Source of the DNA: Amoebidium appalachense | Taxonomy: Eukaryota > Protista > Ichthyosporea | Length of the DNA stretch: 64,000 nt | Assembly: GCA_963693365.1 (NCBI GenBank) | Contig: CAVNZM010000001.1 | Span: 7,394,907 to 7,458,906 of the forward strand | Direction: 5' to 3' | Part shown: positions 53,438 to 64,000 of the stretch, piece after piece | How positions within the stretch are numbered: position 1 is the first letter of the stretch | Layout of the letters: each line of letters starts with the position of its first letter | Translations under genes and position numbers: made by a program | The notes under the pieces: generated by a model | Database searches by the model: none | What the model saw: only the letters and a program-made list of their open reading frames with translations | Told to the model about the DNA's origin: nothing

Positions 53438-53479
<42 letters not shown>

Positions 53480-53792
53480 ATTTACAGTGCGCATGTGAAA
53501 CCTTCACGCCACGGAATTTTGCTACTCACATAACAATGAAGTGCACACTGCCGCTCTGGCGCTCATCGAGCACAGTACAGGTGCACGTCTAGACTAGCTA
53601 TTATAGCTTGTATCATAGTGCAAGCACACAAAGTACGTACGTTAAAATTTGAACCATCATGATGGAAACACACGGCAAAAAGTGGCCACACACATAAACA
53701 GGTCCATAAACAATAAAAGTGTAAATAGGAGTGTGTCACGGTGTTTTTTTTTTTTTGTTTTTTTTATGTGTGTGTGTGTACGGTGTGTGTGT

Positions 53793-53856
<64 letters not shown>

Positions 53857-55142
53857 ACCCTAAGGGGGGGGGATGCCGGGGTGAAAGGCACGTGCACGTC
53901 ATATATTTCCACGACCTAAACATACGTATATATACAATTGCACTGAATTGGTCTATCTCCTCAGATACACATATACACACATAGCACAACTTGTGTTGTT
54001 TTTCTCGATGTTGCTTCACATTGCCGCGCGTAATGATTACGGCCCACATGTGGACAGCCGGGCCATGATCCAAGGAGTGGATCTATTCAGATCTATTCGT
54101 GATAAGGTAACCCAATCAAATCTTATGCATTATTTGATTAGCTTACACAGTTGGCTGCCATAGGATACCGGAGTAACCGGACCCCGGTTTTCAAGGGAGC
54201 CAATCAATCGCCGGCACCCATGCACGCCCCGGCGCAGTGCGCACTATTCAGTGAGGTTTTGCGTGTTACCCTGTAGAGATTCAGTATGGCAAAATAGCGC
54301 CAGCTTATATTTTTTCTTTTATGTAGATGCACGCTGTGACAGGAAAGTTATTTTTAATACACTCCTGTTATCGATATCAATCTCTGTTGATTTTGTCCTA
54401 CCCGTTTTTTATTGGGATCTGGATTCTGGGGTCGTTTTACATTGCATGTGTCTTGTTGCCTAGTCGCTGAAAACATAAGTCAAAGTGGAGGCCAGAGGCA
54501 GTTTTTGCTAAGAGAACGGAACCTTAGAAGGTAAGCAATACGCTATTAAATTAAAGGGAATTTGGACGTGGTGTATTCAGTTGGCACAGACTTGTTAACA
54601 TTTGTGTTGCAAAATGTTATGCGGGCACACATGTATCGCTGTGAGCAAAGACACAGAACAACATACATGGGGCCTCTAAACTCGCTTTTGCAGTTATACC
54701 GTTGAAATGTACACAATAAAAACTGCACATACGCACTGTATCGACACAATTTGCATTTAGGTCGTTTGTACAGCAGCACACCAGGATTAGCTCCGGTAAT
54801 TTTACGAGTTGAACTTTGGGCCGTTCGTTGTTTGAAAAAGAATAACAATCGCCTGATACAAACACATCAGTTTCCTTGGCCTGTTCATGCTCATACTGTA
54901 CACATACACACACCACGTAGCTATTGCAAACCCCAAGCAGTCCACGTATTGATAGTGTGCAGCACGCAGACAGGCACCTCAACGGCAATAGTTCAATTAT
55001 AGTGCCACACCACTGCTCGCACTGTTGCACCGGGCAAGACACCCGGAAGATTAGGATTCCCACACTCTTGCATGCTCTACATGCCTTTGGCACGATGCCA
55101 TAGAAACTACTACGTCGAGATGCATTCATAGTAGTGCACCGC

Positions 55143-55218
<76 letters not shown>

Positions 55219-55236
55219 ACACACACACATACACAC

Positions 55237-55309
<73 letters not shown>

Positions 55310-55637
55310 GCACACACGCACACACGCACACACACACCCGCCCGCCCGCCCGCGCGCGCACAAAGATACACATACGCACGGTTGAAGTTAAAAACCGTGC
55401 ACGAGCATGCGCTCACGCGACAAGGACACACCCACTCACCCACACACGCAGTGCCACGCACACACACACACACACGCACACACGCGCGCATATGCATGCA
55501 CCCAAGCGCCCACACACCCATTCATGCACAAGCGTACACACACAGACGCGTATGCACGCATGCACAAGCGTATGCACGCACACACACACACACGCACACA
55601 AACACACACACATGCGCGCATGTGCTCACAAACACAT

Positions 55638-55730
<93 letters not shown>

Positions 55731-55891
55731 ATTCACGCACACACACACACACACACACGCACACACACACACTCACTCACTCACTTACTCACTCACTCAC
55801 TCACTTACGGAAATGGTACTCACACATTGCCGTGATGCGGTGGCACACACATTGGTGTGCACGGGCATGCGCACCCACACATGTGCGTGCC

Positions 55892-55944
<53 letters not shown>

Positions 55945-56352
55945 ACGCACACGCACATGCACCCGCACCCGCACCCGCACCCGCACACGCACACGCACAC
56001 GCACACGCACACGCACACGCACACGCACACGCACACGCACAAGCACACACACACACACACACACACGCGCACACACGCACACACACACCGGAGCACCCAC
56101 TCTAGAACGGCGGTGTTTGGGGTTTCAACAATTTCAACACGTTGTTTTTAGGCCCTAAAAATACCGGCACGCAAAGAGGCCGTACGGATGTGTATACATA
56201 CACGTCACGTACACACGGACAACAATACAAACCCACACCACTGGCAAGGAGCCCAATCAAACACACTGCACATGTTTGGTAATCAATTTTTCGTAATTTT
56301 TTAAATGTGGTTTTTACGTAACTGGATTAACATTGAATTTCTTTGATTACAG

Positions 56353-63680
<7,328 letters not shown>

Positions 63681-63932
63681 AGAAGAAATACCAGTCGAAT
63701 ACATCCAAAACGTCTAATTCTCAAAGTAAAACCGCGCATCAGACCAACGCAAAACGACACGAGACTGTGTTCTGAACACGCACACATAAAGGAATATCAA
63801 CTTTAACACCATTCTACCTCATGTCCTTCGCAATACCCCCCATGATCCCTTTCCCCTTCCCTCCCTATCCCCATTCCTCCCTCCGTCCCCTCCCTCTCCC
63901 TCCCCCCTTCCCTCTCTCTCTCTCTCTCTCTC

Positions 63933-63966
<34 letters not shown>

Positions 63967-64000
63967 TCCCCCTCTCACCCATCCACCCACCTCCACCCCT

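Noticed and set aside
54546-55002. ORFs upstream of the SOD-like gene
   Set aside because: No homology recognised; they probably lie in a 5' UTR intron (donor at 54531, acceptor at 56352).

Overview
Intron-rich eukaryotic genomic DNA. The introns are full of (CA)n/(TG)n, (CT)n and poly-C/poly-G tracts, so most of the supplied long ORFs are microsatellite artefacts. Manual splicing gives six multi-exon genes: the 5' part of a PLC-gamma-like phospholipase C (minus, runs off the left edge), TANGO2/NRDE (minus) head-to-head with SF3A3/Prp9 (plus, 15 exons), a fungal-type trifunctional HIS4 (HisI-HisE-HisD, plus, at least 23 exons), an SLC22/SV2-like MFS transporter (minus), and a type I membrane protein with two Cu/Zn-SOD-fold domains that lack most metal ligands (plus). 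There is also an intronless, multiply frameshifted multi-pass membrane protein ORF. The gene mix suggests a non-animal holozoan or other unicellular opisthokont (inference). Main oddities: many 3' splice sites have a (CA)n tract running straight into the AG instead of a polypyrimidine tract; a young intronic repeat family always lies in the same orientation relative to its host gene; a foldback element is built from a 20-bp palindromic minisatellite; two piggyBac-type MITEs; a duplicated stop-containing acceptor in SF3A3; and a candidate mutually exclusive PH-domain exon. Exon coordinates were derived by eye and have no transcript support.
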